Shown here piece by piece: positions 1-13,225 of a DNA stretch of 64,000 nucleotides. A program made the translations under genes and the position numbers. Position 1 is the first letter of the stretch. Each line of letters opens with the position of its first letter. Source of the DNA: Camelus dromedarius (lineage: Eukaryota); assembly GCF_036321535.1 (NCBI RefSeq), contig NC_087436.1, positions 81,160,001 through 81,224,000 of the forward strand. Reading direction: 5' to 3'. The notes under the pieces are model-generated. The model had not been told where the DNA came from and made no database searches. It saw only the letters and a list, made by a program, of their open reading frames with translations.

Positions 1-617
1 GAGAACAACTATGAAATCAATGAAACTTCTGAGATTAAAAATATCAGACTACTGAATCCAAAACTTTAGTCACTGATATTTTCCCCTGAGATTATTTTGC
101 TAAGTGAGAAGAATTGTTTTCCAAGGAAGGGCAAAATTAAATTAAAAATATTCACAGACACACATTATCAAAGAAACTTGGATATGAGACTTTTTTTTTA
201 AATTGCACCTAGGCTCATACTCCCTGTAGGTTCTCTGTTCCAAGTTACCTTAGTATGTCTAGAAAAATATGTATAGAGCCCAATAGCTGTATCTTTAACA
301 CTATGAGTGAATGAACTTAAACTCAAACACAAAAAGGCTTATTTTTATATCAAAAAAGTAATATTCTTGCAATGTAGAAATTCTGGAGGAAAAAAGTATA
401 AAGAATGCTTAAAATTTCAACTATATAACATGTTAGTGTTTTTGTGAAATTTGTTTTTTCTCTGCATATTGTTTTCATTTTAAATTTAATGTGTGAGTAG
501 ATAAAACATTCATATCATTTCAAAATCAGAACTATATTAAAGGTTTACTTGAAAAGCCTTACTTCCCATCCATCCTTGTTCTCCCCTCCACACACATACT
601 CCCTATAGATAACTACT

Positions 618-1214
618 ATTTTTAAATTAAAGTATAGTTGATTTACAATGTTAAATTAGTTTCAGGTGTACAACACTGTGATTCAATATTTTTATATATT
701 ATATTCTGTTTAAAATTATTATAAAATGTTGACTGTATTCCCTATGCTGTATGTTATATCCTTGTAGCTTATTTATTTTATACATAGCAGTTTGTACCTC
801 TTAATCCCCTACCCCTATTGTGCCCCTCCCAGCTTCCCTCTCCCCATTGGCGACCACTGGTTTGTTCTCCGTATCTTTAAGTCTGTTTCTGTTTTGTTAT
901 ATTCATTAACTTGTCTTATTTTTTGGATTCCACATTTAAGTGATAACATATAGTGTTTGTCTTTCTCTGTCTGATTTATTTCATTAAGCATATTACCTTT
1001 TAGGTCTATCCATGTTGTTGCAAGTGGCAAAATTTCATTCTTTTCTATGTCTGAGTAGCTTTCCATTGTGTATGTGTGTATGTGTGTGTGTGTACATATA
1101 TATAAATACAACAACTTCTTTATCCATTCATCTGTTGATGGACACTTAGGTTGCTTCTATATCTTGGCTATTGTAAATAATGCTGCTGTTATGAACACTG
1201 AGGTACGTATATAC
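618..1214 (-). mobile_element. 5'-truncated L1 (3' UTR and end of ORF2), older artiodactyl-type 3' end, inserted into an older L1M relic
   Basis: The minus strand encodes a decayed ORF2 C-terminus (...YTMESYSDIEKNEILPLATTWIDLKGNMLNEINQ). T-rich tail near 618-624. Degenerate TSD agataactact (607-617) / agatgactgct (1215-1225). Confidence 0.9.
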
Positions 1215-1225
1215 AGATGACTGCT

Positions 1226-1780
1226 TTGATTAGCGTCATGTATATTTTCCCCATGCTTTTTTATGTGAATAAAAGCAAATACAAATATATGTTCTTATTA
1301 TTATTTCTTTCTTGCTTAAAATATAGCATACTTAATGCTTATTTCTAAATCAAGCTATCCCTCTTTCTCTTTATAATATATCCCACAGAGAGCTATTAAT
1401 ATATATTCTCATATATATTCTCTAATAGATGTAGTTTATTTATTTTTGTGGCTGCATAATACTCCCTTATACAGGTATATCTTCATTTACTCAGCCAATT
1501 TTTCATTAATAGACACTTGAGTTATTTTCAATCCTGTTATTACAAATAATGCTATTTGTAATGCAAGTGACCTTGCAAATAAGCCATTTCTATGTGCATG
1601 GGTGTGAGAAATAGAGTCAATGTGCCCTCTATATAAATTTTACCATTTTACCTTCCTATCACCAATGTCTGAGGGTACTATTTTCCTTACTAACAGAATA
1701 TATTGTCAAACTTACGTGATTTTGCAAAAGCATATTATCTTTATAGGAATAAATATCACACTGTATTTGTAATTTCAGCA
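1226..1780 (-). mobile_element. Ancient L1M (L1ME-like) 3' relic; probably continues at about 480-606
   Basis: Degenerate antisense L1 3' motifs (ggctgcataatactccc, tagacacttgagttattttcaa, attgtcaaactt). Confidence 0.55.
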
Positions 1781-2839
1781 CAAATTTTAAGAATTATATA
1801 GAACATAATTAAATGTAGGTCAAAGAAGTAGAGGAATGCCAAGAAAAATAGGTGTCCTGTAAGCCAAAGGAGTTTTTAAAAAAGTTCAGAATGTCAAAAG
1901 CAACTGTGTGATTAAGTCCTACGTTGCTTTTTTCTTGCTAATGACTTTTTTTCTCTAGGTTAATTTTTTTCTTCAATTTTAGGTTTAAATATTTGGAAAG
2001 TTACTAAGCCAACTATGAAACAATTTTACTTGGTTGTTAAAACACGAACAAGATCCCTTTATTCAGCATCCCAGCTTATTTTAGTATATAGATTTAGCTA
2101 TTATACAGTTTCTTCCAAGGTTAAACCTAGATCCTTTCCACTTTATTTTTTAAGCATACAAAGGATTTATTAGTTAATTAAGATAAAGGGTTAAGCAGAA
2201 ATTGTAATTATTATCAACTTTCTGACGTTGACAATGACTTACTGGACCCTTCTCTTTGGATTCCAGATCTTCCCATAACAAACACTGTATGGCCATGACT
2301 GTTTTTGCTCTTTATATTTCTCTTTCATAGTGAGAAGTAAACTCTAAAAATTTTTTTTCCCTTTCTGTTCTACTGCCATAGACTTTGCTTCAGACCTTTG
2401 GCATTTACTACCCCTGGAGCAACTGACATTTCTTTTCATAATTGAGAAATAATAAATGTTGTAAAATAGTGCACACTGTTGGACATGAAATAAAAGCGTA
2501 AGGTCCCAGTAATTAGTTGAGAAGGGTTAGCAACCGACCTTAGTCATTTCCAAATAAAGACTCTTAACCTTGCTGTAGACATCCTCTCCTGGGATTCCAA
2601 GGACATGCAGTGACACCGGTTCAGTCGGTCCCTCCTGAGAGTGAAGAGTTGGGTGAGGAAGGATTTTCTTTGGCTGCCACCTATTTGAGTGCCTTGCACA
2701 CTGTGGATTCTGTCCCCAAATCACTGGCTAATTAAAATTTAGGCACCACTTACCAGCACTTGAGAATTAACAGTGGACTTTTTTTGAAATGTCAGCTGTT
2801 TATAAGGGTCATTGGAGAGTTTGTTTCAAAACATTTATA

Positions 2840-3290
2840 TGTATTAGTTTCCTTCGGCTGCCATAACAAACTACCACAAACTTGGTACCTTACAATAGCA
2901 TACATTTATTTTCCCACAGTTCTGGAGTCCAAAAGTCCAAACTCAAGGTATACACAGGACAGAATCCCCACTGAGGCTCTAGGCCAGAACTCTTCCAGCT
3001 CTGGTGACAGTCAGCACTTCTTGGTTGGTTACTGTGTCATTCCAATCTCTGCCTCCCTTTTCACGTCACCCTCTCCTCTGTGTGTGCATCAAACTCCTCT
3101 GTCTAGTACTTATAGGGGCACTTGTGATTGGATTTAAGTTCCACCCAGATAATCCAGGATAACTCTCTGTTAGGACCATTAAGTTAATCGTATCTGCAGA
3201 GACCCTTTCTCCTGAGAGAGTAACATTCCCAGGTTCCAGGGATTAGGATCTGATATCTTTGAGTGGTCAATATTCAGAGTACTGTACTAT
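2840..3290 (-). mobile_element. MaLR LTR (MLT1A-C-like)
   Basis: Begins tgtattagtttcct..gctgccataacaaactaccacaaac, the typical reverse-complement MLT1 terminus. Internal motifs acagttctggag, ccacccagataatccaggataa, gttccagggattaggat. Confidence 0.85.
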
Positions 3291-3679
3291 ATTTAGACAT
3301 GTTCTAGAACTGTCTTTCACAGTCCTTACTGCAAGGCAGAAGGCTAACTTTGAGATTCCAAAATGCTCCTTTCCAACTCTGCCTTCTACTATCATTATTC
3401 TTTGCTTTAAAAATATATTTGTATTTTTCTTAGTACACAGTAATATGTGCTCATTATTTTAAATTTTAAAAAGTAAGAAAAACTTAGCAAAATAAAAATT
3501 ATATATGACCTAGCTATTCAAAGATAATCTACATGAACATTCCATTTTTTTTCTAAGCATGTTGACATCCTCAGCACATAGTACGTACTAGATATATGTT
3601 TGATGAATAAACAGGTAAGTGAATGAACCAATAGCTCACACTGCGGCTTTCCATCTCTCCTATAAAGAATACTGGCTAA

Positions 3680-3880
3680 GGAAGTGGAGCTTGAATTTAC
3701 AGAAGGTCAAATTGCATCTCTGCACTTTACCAGCTGCATGCTACTCAACTAGCTTCTGCTTCAGCATTCCTTCTGCAAAATGGACGATTGTAATTGTACC
3801 TCCTCAGATGGTGTTTTAGAAGATTAAAATGTACAGCAGAGCACTGGCACCTAGTAAGTCTCAGTGGTTGGTTAGCTGTA
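3680..3880 (+). mobile_element. MIR SINE relic
   Basis: ctctgcactttaccagctgc...ttctgcaaaatggacgattgtaattgtacctcctcagatggtg...gcacctagtaagtctcag resembles the MIR core and 3' end. Confidence 0.7.
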
Positions 3881-5589
3881 ATGATTCAAGATGGGAAAAG
3901 GGGATTTCACAACAAAGAGAAGAATTTGCAGTAGAAACTGTAGGGAGCTGGATTTTGTGTCAACATTTGGATTTTTTCTTCTTTCAATTGCAATCTTTCA
4001 AAAATGCCATGGGGCATCTTAAGAAAGGTAGTGAGATGCTGTGGGCAAATTCTGGATGCCCGTGGTATCTATCGCAAGGGGATTCATCTATTAGATAAGC
4101 GTGAGAAAAGTAACTTTTAAGGTCTCTACCAATTTTGAGAGTGTAATTATAGAATTTTGGTTTTAAAATAATGGTTCTTCCTTTCTCCACATTTCCTATC
4201 TGTTTTTCCCCCATTCATGGAATTTCTGCATTCTCCAATGAATTAAAAACACGTAGACAGATAGGAGTGACGTAATTGTAGCTAGAATGATAATGTCTGT
4301 GTTCCCGGGGAGAATATTCTTATAGAAAGACTCCATCAGGGAAGAAATTCATGAACTTCTTCTGTTTTGTCCAGAGGAGGAGTTCACATGGGGTAAGGGA
4401 ATCCTTGTGTGTGAAACAAAAGATTTAAAAGCTTTTAAATGAATTACATCAAAACGCTGCACGTATTTTCTTCTATCACAGTCAAAGCTGTCCTGTTAGT
4501 CTTCTAGGATCTGAACATATGTAATAATGTTTTGCAAATACTGTTTTAAAAATTACAGTGAACTCAGAATGACAGTGCTTCTCATCTGCAGTTTATAAGT
4601 AAAGCATCAAGATGAGACATCTGTGTAGAGAATTTATTTCTGTTTGTTCAGTAATTATAAAATGGTCTCATGCTATTATCATTATTATTGTTAATTTAAA
4701 TAACGGTTTGGGAACATTACACGTATTGCTTGCTGTTATGTGTTTTATTCACTGAGAAAAAACAGTTCATTCTACAGAGTGTACAGTTTTATTAGTATCG
4801 TGCTATTTTTTTCTATAAGATAATGTGTAACAGTGCTTAGGTAAGTGTTCCCTAGTTTGCACATCAGAATTACTCTAGTAGATACTAAATTTGCACCAAT
4901 GTGCAAGTCTCCCCTTTTCTTTCTCCCTGGCAACACCCCAGAAATCAATATAACTAATTTCAGAGGACAAGCAGAAACTTGATACCTATTTATAAAACTT
5001 CTTTAAACTGCTTTAAATAGCAGTAATTGATTATAAAAAAGAACATAAATTGGATTAATAATTAATACAAATAAGTGTTTGAAACTTATTGTGCCAGGCT
5101 CTTGGCTAGGTGCTCCCAGAGCTTTATTTCCCTCACGTATAAAATGAGAAATATGACAGAGTCACTGGGCAAATTAACGATGTAAGTAGCTTATACACAT
5201 TTGCTTAGCCAAGTAATAAATGGCCGAGAAACAATAGCAGGCATCATTAGCAACATCGTTATGCTGTGCTGTTTATTATTATGATTGTTAACCAGAGGTT
5301 TCTTTGTTTTAGTTGGTCTAGTCTTAGAGACATGACAGTAAACGTTGACTTCAAATTTTCTAACGAGTTTATCTCCGTGTTCACTCAACTAGCTGATAAT
5401 ACTAGCAGATACATATTGAACCTTTACTAGAATCATCTCATTATTTGGGGATTAGCAAAATATGGACCCAAACTATTTTGAAGCTTCTGGGATGTAAGAA
5501 AGACTTTTTTAATATTAAAAGCAGCTAAAAATACTATGCACCAGTCATTTTTCTACAAACTACACACGTATTAGGTCACAGTTACGGAG

Positions 5590-5720
5590 TAGATTCTGTT
5601 TTTACCACATTTTAAGGATGAAGAATGTGAGGAACAGAGAGGATAAGTATCCTGCCTGAAGTCACTTGGCTAATTGGTGGGAGACTGGGAACCTAAACCT
5701 AGGCAGTTTGACTCCAGGAT
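5590..5720 (-). mobile_element. MIR SINE relic
   Basis: cacattttaaggatgaagaatgtgaggaacagagaggataagtatcctgcctgaagtcac...ggcagtttgactcca is the antisense MIR core. Confidence 0.7.
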
Positions 5721-6764
5721 AGGTTTATTTGACCACAGACTTCACTGTCATCAGTAGATTGGTATATGGCTGGAGCACTTGTGGATACAGCTTTATATCT
5801 TTCATGAGCATATAGCATCCTGTTTCCTTTCCATAACAGAGGCTTATCTGTAATAGGTCTGTTTGTTTCAGTTTTCTGCCTTCCCTGAGTGAGTCTCAGA
5901 TCCAGCAGTAGAAGGACATCATTGGACTTTCTAACTATGACATTCTCTGTGCCTAGGACAGAGCCTGGCACATGCTAGGTGCTAATAACTATTTGTTGAT
6001 AAATTAATGAAATTACTTGCTACAAAGAAGAGAAATCAAACCAATCTACTCTATTAAAACCTACTCTGTTTTACTCTAATCAAGAATGTTGAGTAACGTT
6101 TATTTCACCTTGATCTCATTTTCAAATCTCTGTCTATTCACTTTAAAAATACACATATATTGTCAAGCTGAGACTTTTGCCTAGTTCCTTATGATGCTTA
6201 TGATTATTGTTCATGCTGGAAAAAAAATCTCACTATGGTGCTATTAAACTAACAAAGCTACTGCACATGCATATATTTTTCCAATTCAAATCCCAGATAA
6301 TAAGATCATTATGCTTATTTTCAACAGCATCTAGCCTTACCCCAGTATCTTGTGGTTTTGCCTCATATTTTCCCAGAGTTGGAGCTTCTTTTCCAATAGC
6401 AATTTGAGTTGAAAGCAAAATACTAGTGTGGTTCTGAATTGTGTATCTTTTGCCAGCTCTTAGCTGTCAACTATAAAAAATTTTGTTTAACATATTGTCC
6501 CATTTTGAAATTTTAAGGATTCTTTATAAAAGGGATATTCCCTATAAGGGAGAAAAATAAGTATAATTCCATTCTGAAAATGCTGATTAACTATTGCTGT
6601 GTAATTATTGCCAAATGTAGTGAGCTCATATCAAAGAGATTACATCCCCTTTCTTGTACTTGAGCCTCTTCTCTCTGATTATCCAACATTTGCAGTGTGG
6701 CATGTCACACATCATGGATTAACAAGCCCTTTCTTCAAAAACTCAGGACTACTGCACCCTGGCT

Positions 6765-7215
6765 ATTTTGTCACTCAAGATCCTCAGCAAGAAATTGATG
6801 GCTCTAACTGAAAAGGTGTAGTTGAAGAGTGTGTAATAAAGAAACCTTTTACAAAATGTTGGAAAAGCTAATGGAAACCAACAGATAGTGAAAATGCCCT
6901 GGGGCTAAAGACAAGGAGGCACCCATTACCACTCTGGTCTGCTGGAGAAGCCTGCAAGTTTAGGAGATGTGGACTAGGGTAGTCAATACAACTAGGATCA
7001 GATTGCTGCCTAGCATGGAGGGAGACAGGTCAGTAGACATCTTGGTCTGACTCTGGTGACCTTCTGATCTCCTGCTATAGCCTCTCAAACCCAACCTGAA
7101 GCCAGAGGTCAGGGGAGTCTAGTTTATGCAATTTATAGAGATTAGTCTCCTGGGGTGCAGAATAGAGTCATGGGTGGATAGACGATCTGGAGAGCAAACA
7201 GAGAATACCCAGGAG
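6765..7215. mobile_element. Old MaLR-type LTR relic (MLT1 family, subfamily uncertain)
   Basis: Motifs aaacccaacctgaagccagaggtcaggggag...tcctggggtgcagaatagag...atctggagagcaaacagagaatacccag resemble old MLT1 LTRs. Confidence 0.5.
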
Positions 7216-7299
7216 AGCTACTAACAGAAAATTAAAGACTATCACATAGTTTGGGCTCACATGCATGCTCCTCATGGAGTTCGAATCTTCCAAATTCCC

Positions 7300-8060
7300 C
7301 ATTTCTAACAAGAGGCATCGCCTCTCTTTCAGATACACAGAAGAGAAACACTGAAGTCATCTTTGACTCTTTCTTCTTCATTCCCTGTGTTAAAGCTATG
7401 AGAAGTTTCTTTCATATTTCTTAAAAAAAATCTCTAATAATTCATCTCTAATGCAAATTTATGCCATTTCTACTGCTGACACTTTTGTGTCTTGACTTTG
7501 CCATCTTATGTCAAATTAATTGCTTCGTGGTGATAAACTTTGAAGAGGCTGGCATTGTTAAATCTCCCTCTGCTTTGCTCAAGAACCTGCTCCGGTTCCC
7601 AGCTGCCATGGACATCAAGTGCAGCATCCTCTGCCTGGGGTTAGACTTTCCACAGCATGCCCTCGACATCTCCACAGTTCTTACTTCCTGATTATTCCTC
7701 CACATGCATCTTCTCCTGACTCTAATGTGCTCTGCACATATGGCTCTAATTACTGTTCTGCTGATGCTGTTTCCTCCATTTGGGAAGATTACCCTGAGCT
7801 CACTAAATCTTAAAATCTGAAGTTCATTTAAAAACCATTTCCTTCATATTATCTTTCCTAATTAATCAGATTGCCCTCATATCACTCTCTTCTTAAACTT
7901 TTGTTATACTTTTTTCAACATACTTTGACGCTCCCTCCTTTTGTAGTTATATACTGTGTTATTCTTCTACTGAGAGTGAAGAGTTTCTTTCACATACTTC
8001 ACATCACCTGAAATAGTTCTAGAAATAGTATGACATATAGTAGTGTCTCAATATATATTT
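7300..8060 (+). mobile_element. L2 LINE 3' relic
   Basis: gtcatctttgactctttc, ctgctttgctcaagaacc, and a 3' end acatatagtagtgtctcaatatatattt. Confidence 0.55.
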
Positions 8061-8309
8061 TTTTTAATCAGAGGGGGCACTTAAATTATATTTGCTTACT
8101 AGTTGTTTGTTTGGTTAGCTAATTTAGAGCAACTCTGGAAGAATTAACCAAACCCACACAAACAGTGCATAATTTTTGACTACTACTTTGTCTTGTAGGT
8201 ATTTGTCCCAAAGACTAAGTTAAGGTGGAGCTCTAAGATTTAGCTTCATGGATGTTCATGAAAATGTTCTATATATTAACACAAAAAGTCATAAACACTT
8301 TATGATAAT

Positions 8310-8620
8310 AGAGGATGTGAAAGTATGTATATTCAAACAAGTACTGTACTATGCTATTCAGCTTTGTAAAATGATGTAGATTATTAAATTGGCATAATAA
8401 CAGTATATGACAAGTTTTGAAGGAGATAATGCACACGTATTCTGATTACTATTTTTGTAAAAATTACCACATATGTTGAAACACATACACATATATATAA
8501 TACATACAAATACAGATAGATGCATATGGTGTTAATATTGATTATCTATGGTGGCAGGCAAATTATAGATTTTTTGTTTATGTGCATTTTCTGACAATAT
8601 AAACATTGCAAAATACTTAG
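8310..8620 (+). mobile_element. Ancient L1ME-like 3' end relic
   Basis: gtactatgctattcagctttgtaaaa...gttaatattgattatctatggtggcaggcaaattatagattttttg pattern. Confidence 0.45.
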
Positions 8621-9754
8621 AAAATAACTATCACAATTAAGACCCTTATCTTAGTTATAGACTTTAACTATTTGGTTTCTATACACAGTGATACAGTGGT
8701 TTCAATTAAATGACTTTATTTTACTTACTGAATGACTTAAAACCTCAGTAAGGGTTTGCCAATTATAGTATACCTTGGCCTAAACATTGCCTAATGATAT
8801 TTAAACAATTATTTTTACATCACAAATTTGTTTGGAAAAGTGTCAAAATATAAAACCTGTACAATGTTAAATTTGAAAATAAAAATTAAAAATTCAGCCA
8901 GAAGTAGCTATTTCTCATGCACAAAAAGACAACAAAGGATAGCATTACTCTGTCTTAATTACCAAGTGAGGTCGATTGGGATTTCATGGAACAGAATAGT
9001 TTATGCAGGAGAGTGGCTTGAATTCAACTAATAGGACACATGTATAGTTTAAGATCCTACACAGAGCCTGAAGGCATAGAATTTAACGAGACATATGTGT
9101 ACACATACAAACATACATTCATGCAGAAATGAATATTGTATCTACCTTCAAGGTTAGATGCTATGTTCTAAAACTGAGCTAAATCACATATTCAATTATT
9201 TCAAAAAATCAGTTCAGTAAGTAAAATAAATTCATTTGTTATTGAAACAACTGTTTCATTACTTTATATAGAGACCATATAGATTAAACCTCTATTCAAA
9301 AGAAAGGTCTTAATTATAATGAATATTTTCAAAGTCTTCGTAATTTTTAAAAAAATATTTTAAAATACCAGAAAGTAAAATGGAATCCACAGGCCAGAGG
9401 ACACTAGATATGATGAGAAATAGGAAATTTTACTTCCTGGGGGAGGGAAACAAATGCAGTACCTCCAACACCTCATCTTGTGAGGCATGGAGGGAAAGGG
9501 ACCCTCTAACCTCTAACTGCTTGGGTTTTAGTTAGGGAGTGCTATGTTTTATCACTCTAAGCCCAGAAGGAGGGACCACTCTGATGACTATAATTTTATG
9601 TGCCAAACCAGGTAGGGTGGAAGTTGTGTAAAATAGTATTTGAACTAAATATTGTTTCAAGCTGGGAAAATGGACAATACAATATACTGCACAAGAGGAT
9701 AGGCAATTGAATCCAGCATGCTTGGTTTTTAATAATGGCTTTACAGCACTCACA

Positions 9755-10990
9755 GTATTTATTTACTCAGCAATATGCTTTTTTCAGCATTAACCTTACA
9801 CCAGGCAAAATGCTAGGCGTTGGTGATAACTTAGGGTGCAAAGCACACATTATACTTGCTTCCTTATAGTTTATTGATGGAAATAGACATTAATTAAATA
9901 ATTTCACACATAACATAATTACATACAGCGGTAAATCAGTTTAAGGAAAGTTCAGGAAGCTATGCAAGTATATTTTGGATGTAGTCAATCTAAAAAATGG
10001 ATTTAAAACAACCAGAGAAAGAATGTAGTCCTAAGGTAAATGGAAGCAGGGTACCATTTACAGAAGGGCAATTGGCTGGATCGTAGAAAGCATTTTAAGT
10101 GTAAGATGGAAAAATTTGTTTAGAGGTATAAGTGGAGCCAGACCACCCAGAGCTTTGTTCTAAGGCAGATGAAAGCCATTGGAAACTCTTAAGCTAGAAA
10201 TTCGCAAGATAAAATTTCTATTTCTACAGATCACTCTGAGCACGTTAAAAAAAGAATTAAAAGATGTTTGAGTATTATGGGGAATTCAGGGAATGGTTAT
10301 TTAAAACATTCCAGACAAGAGACTATAGTCTCTTGGACTAGGAGGTAATGGTAGTAGAGCTACAGTAGAATAGAAATAATGACTCCTACATTTCTGGCTT
10401 TTGCAACTGGCTGGAAGATGGTGCTGAATTAGGGAATACATAAACAGGACCTGGAGTACTTGCATTTTAATTTGACCAAGTTTACTTTAAGATGCCTTTG
10501 AAATACCCAAATGGAGATGTCAAATAAGCTCTTGGATATAAAAGTCTGGAGGTCAGAGAGTCCTGGGTTTGAAATATTTATCTGATATTCTTTAGCTTAT
10601 AGTTGGTTATTAAAGTCATACACATGGATGAGATACCTTGGAGAAAGAGCATATAAAGTCAGAAGAGAAGGAATTGTCAGATAAATCTTTGAAATACTCT
10701 CATATTTAAAGGTCGATTAGAGCCAGCAAAAGAGACTCAACCAACAGAAAGCTAAGAGGAAAACCTGGAGAAAACCAAGGCACCAAAGCAAGAAGGCAAT
10801 TCCAGAAAGAGTGGTTAATGGTGCTCTCCTGAGAAGTCAAGTTCATAGAGGGTTTAGAAAATTGTCAAGCATGCAGCTTATGGCAGCCATGTAATTGGAA
10901 TTATGAGTGAACAAACCAAGCTGCAGTGGATCCATATGAAGAAATAGATTCAGTGTAGACAACTCTTTGCTAGGCAAGAAAAAATAAAAT
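9755..10990 (-). mobile_element. L2 LINE relic (about 1.2 kb)
   Basis: Antisense L2 tail tttatttactcagcaatat...ccaggcaaaatgctagg, then gaaagccattgga, agatcactctg and ggagatgtcaaataagctcttggatataaaagtctggaggtcagagag. Confidence 0.75.
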
Positions 10991-11127
10991 AAAATGAAGG
11001 GGGAGGAGGAGTCAAAATGATTTTTTAAATAGGATCAACCTTTAAATACATCTCAGCACTGATAGAAATGATCCACTAAATAGAGAAATCTAACAGAGAA
11101 GAGAAAGGATGATCAAGATGCTTTATT

Positions 11128-12697
11128 AAGTCATCTGTCGATGGACATTTACGTCACTTCCACATCTTGGCTATTGTATATAGTGCTGCTATGAACATTG
11201 GGGTGCATGTATCTTTTCGAATTAGAGTTCCTTCTGGATATGGAATGGGATTCCTGGATCATATGGTAAGTCTACTTTCAGTCTTTTGAGGAATCTCCAC
11301 ACTGTTTTCTATAATGACTGCACCAAACTGCATTCCCACCAGCAGTGTAGGAGGGTTCCCTTTTCTCCACACCCTCTTGAGCATTTATCGCTTGTGGATG
11401 TTTTAATAATGGCCATTCTGACTGGTGTGAGGTGATACTTCATTGTAGTTTTGATTTGCATTTCTCTGATAATTAACGATACTGAGCATTTTTTCATGTG
11501 CCTAATGGCCATTTGTATGTCTTCATTGGAGAATTGCTTGTTTAGGTCTTCTGCCTGTTTTTGGATTTGGTTGGTTGTTTTTTGTTATCAAGTTGTATGA
11601 GCTGTATATAGATTCTGGAAATTAAACTTTTGCCAGTCACATCATTTGCAAATATTTTCTCCTATTTCATAGGTTGTCCTTTTGTTTTGTTTATAGTTTC
11701 CTTTGCTGTGCAAAAGTTTGTAAGTTTAATTAAGTATGATTTGTTAATTTTTGCTTTTATTTCTATTGCCTGTAAGACTGCTCCAGGAGAACATTGCTAA
11801 GATTTATGTCAGATAATGTTTTGCCTATATTTTCTTCTAAGTTTATCTTGTCTTGTCTTATATTTAAATCTTTAAGCCATTTGAGTTTATTTTTGTGTAT
11901 GGTGTGAAGGAGTGTTCTAGCTTCATTGTTTTACATGCTTCTGTCCAGTTTTCCCAACACCATTTGCTGAAGAGACTGTCTTTTCTCCATTGTGTATTCT
12001 TATCTCCTTTGTCAAAGATTAATTGACCATAGGTCTTTGGATTTATTTCTGGGCTCTCTATTCTGTTCCATTGATCCATATGTCTTGTTTTTATGCCAAT
12101 ACCATGATGTTTTGTTTACTATAGCTCTGTAGTATTGTCTGAAGTCTGCGAGGGTTATTCCTCCAGCTTTGTTCTTTCTTCAATATTGCTTTGGCAATTC
12201 TAGGGGTTTTTTTGTGATTTCATATAAATTTTAGGATTATTTGTCCTAGTTCCATGAAAACTGGGGTAATTTGATAGGGATTGACCTAGAGATAGTCATT
12301 CTAAGTGAAGTAAGCCAGAAGGGGAAAGAAAAATACCATAAAATAGCACTCATATGTGGAATCTAAAAAAAAATGAGGAAACTAATGAACTCATCTACAA
12401 AACAGAAATAGACTCTCAGACATAGTAAACAATCTTATGGTTACTGGGGGAAAGGAGATAGGAAGAGATAAATTAGGGAGTTTGAGATTTGCAAATTTTA
12501 TCGACAATATGTAAAAATAGATTAAAAAGCAGATTTTTTCTGTATAGCACAGGGAACTATATTCAATATCTTCTAATAATCTTAAATGAACAAGAATATG
12601 AAAACAAATATATGTATATATATGCATGACTGGGATATTGTGCTGTACAGCAGAAATTGACACATTGTAACTGACTATACTTCAATTAAAAAAAAAA
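11128..12697. mobile_element. Young L1 insertion with 5' inversion: ORF2 3' part antisense (about 11128-12282) joined to a sense 3' end with poly(A) (about 12283-12697)
   Basis: Minus-strand ORFs 11309-11512 and 11864-12079 are L1 ORF2p pieces ([47 protein letters not shown]). The plus-strand part ends ctgactatacttcaattaaaaaaaaaa. TSD aagatgctttatt (11115-11127) / aagatgcttatt (12696-12707). Confidence 0.93.
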
Positions 12698-12739
12698 GAT
12701 GCTTATTGATTATCCCTTCCATGGCAGCATTGACTAAGT

Positions 12740-12885
12740 TATTGACTGTCTCTGCCTTAGTTTTCACAGCTATAAAATGGGGAGAATAATACCCTACCTT
12801 ATAAGATTATTCTAACAATTACATAATATGATGTTGGTTGAATGCTCAGTAAAAATTTTGGCACACAGAATCTGTTTAATAAATT
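12740..12885 (+). mobile_element. MIR SINE relic
   Basis: ctctgccttagttttcacagctataaaatggggagaataataccctaccttataagattatt...ttggcacacagaa. Confidence 0.75.
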
Positions 12886-13137
12886 GGATCCTAAACTTAA
12901 CTAGGCATTTAACAGTGTTTTATACATATTGGGTCCTCAATAAATATTTGTTAAATGTTGAATGAATATGATGCTGTTACATGATTTTTGATTAGATGGG
13001 GCTATAAATGATGTGATGCATGTTCCCATGTACTGCGTTACAGATGTATCTTGTATGTTCACTGTTGATAATGATGATGATGATATTCAGTATTTGCCAT
13101 CTCATGATGTTAATGTCTGGGGCATTTGTCTTCACAG

Positions 13138-13225
13138 GGTACTATTTTTCTTCCTGGAAATAAAGTTCTTGAGCACCCCTGCAATGAAGAGAGCCCCGGG
13201 AAGTTCCTTTTTGAAGTAGTTCCAG
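13138..13225 (+). CDS. ARHGAP24: Internal coding exon of Rho GTPase-activating protein 24 (FilGAP), PH-domain segment GTIFLPGNKVLEHPCNEESPGKFLFEVVP(G); 88 nt, phase 0 start, phase 1 end
   Basis: Acceptor ttgtcttcacag|GGT at 13137/13138 and donor CCAG|gtaaga at 13225/13226. The translation matches human ARHGAP24 as I recall it (GTIFLPGNKVSEHPCNEENPGKFLFEVVPG) apart from two residues. This frame is missed by the supplied ORF track. Confidence 0.96.

Larger units (their letters stand above)
1..13137 (+). other. ARHGAP24: 3' part of the ARHGAP24 intron upstream of the PH-domain exon
   Basis: Ends in a canonical acceptor. The preceding coding exon (...KDEDETKPL) is not seen in the window. Repeat-rich non-coding sequence. 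Confidence 0.85.

Noticed and set aside
815..1114. ORFs with L1 ORF2p similarity (also 11309-11512, 11864-12079, 31526-31846)
   Set aside because: Fragments of truncated, frameshifted L1 copies; not intact genes.
2527..2740. GC-richer stretch considered as a processed pseudogene fragment
   Set aside because: No recognisable protein in the frames I read, and no poly(A) tail or TSD.
4825..4850. AG|GT junctions as possible recursive-splicing sites (cttag|gtaagt at 4840; also 8198 and 13789)
   Set aside because: Each has either a weak polypyrimidine tract or a weak donor; such matches are expected by chance in 64 kb and there is no transcript evidence.
13013..13219. Supplied 68-aa ORF overlapping the real exon
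   Set aside because: Wrong reading frame; the ARHGAP24 peptide is in another frame bounded by splice sites.
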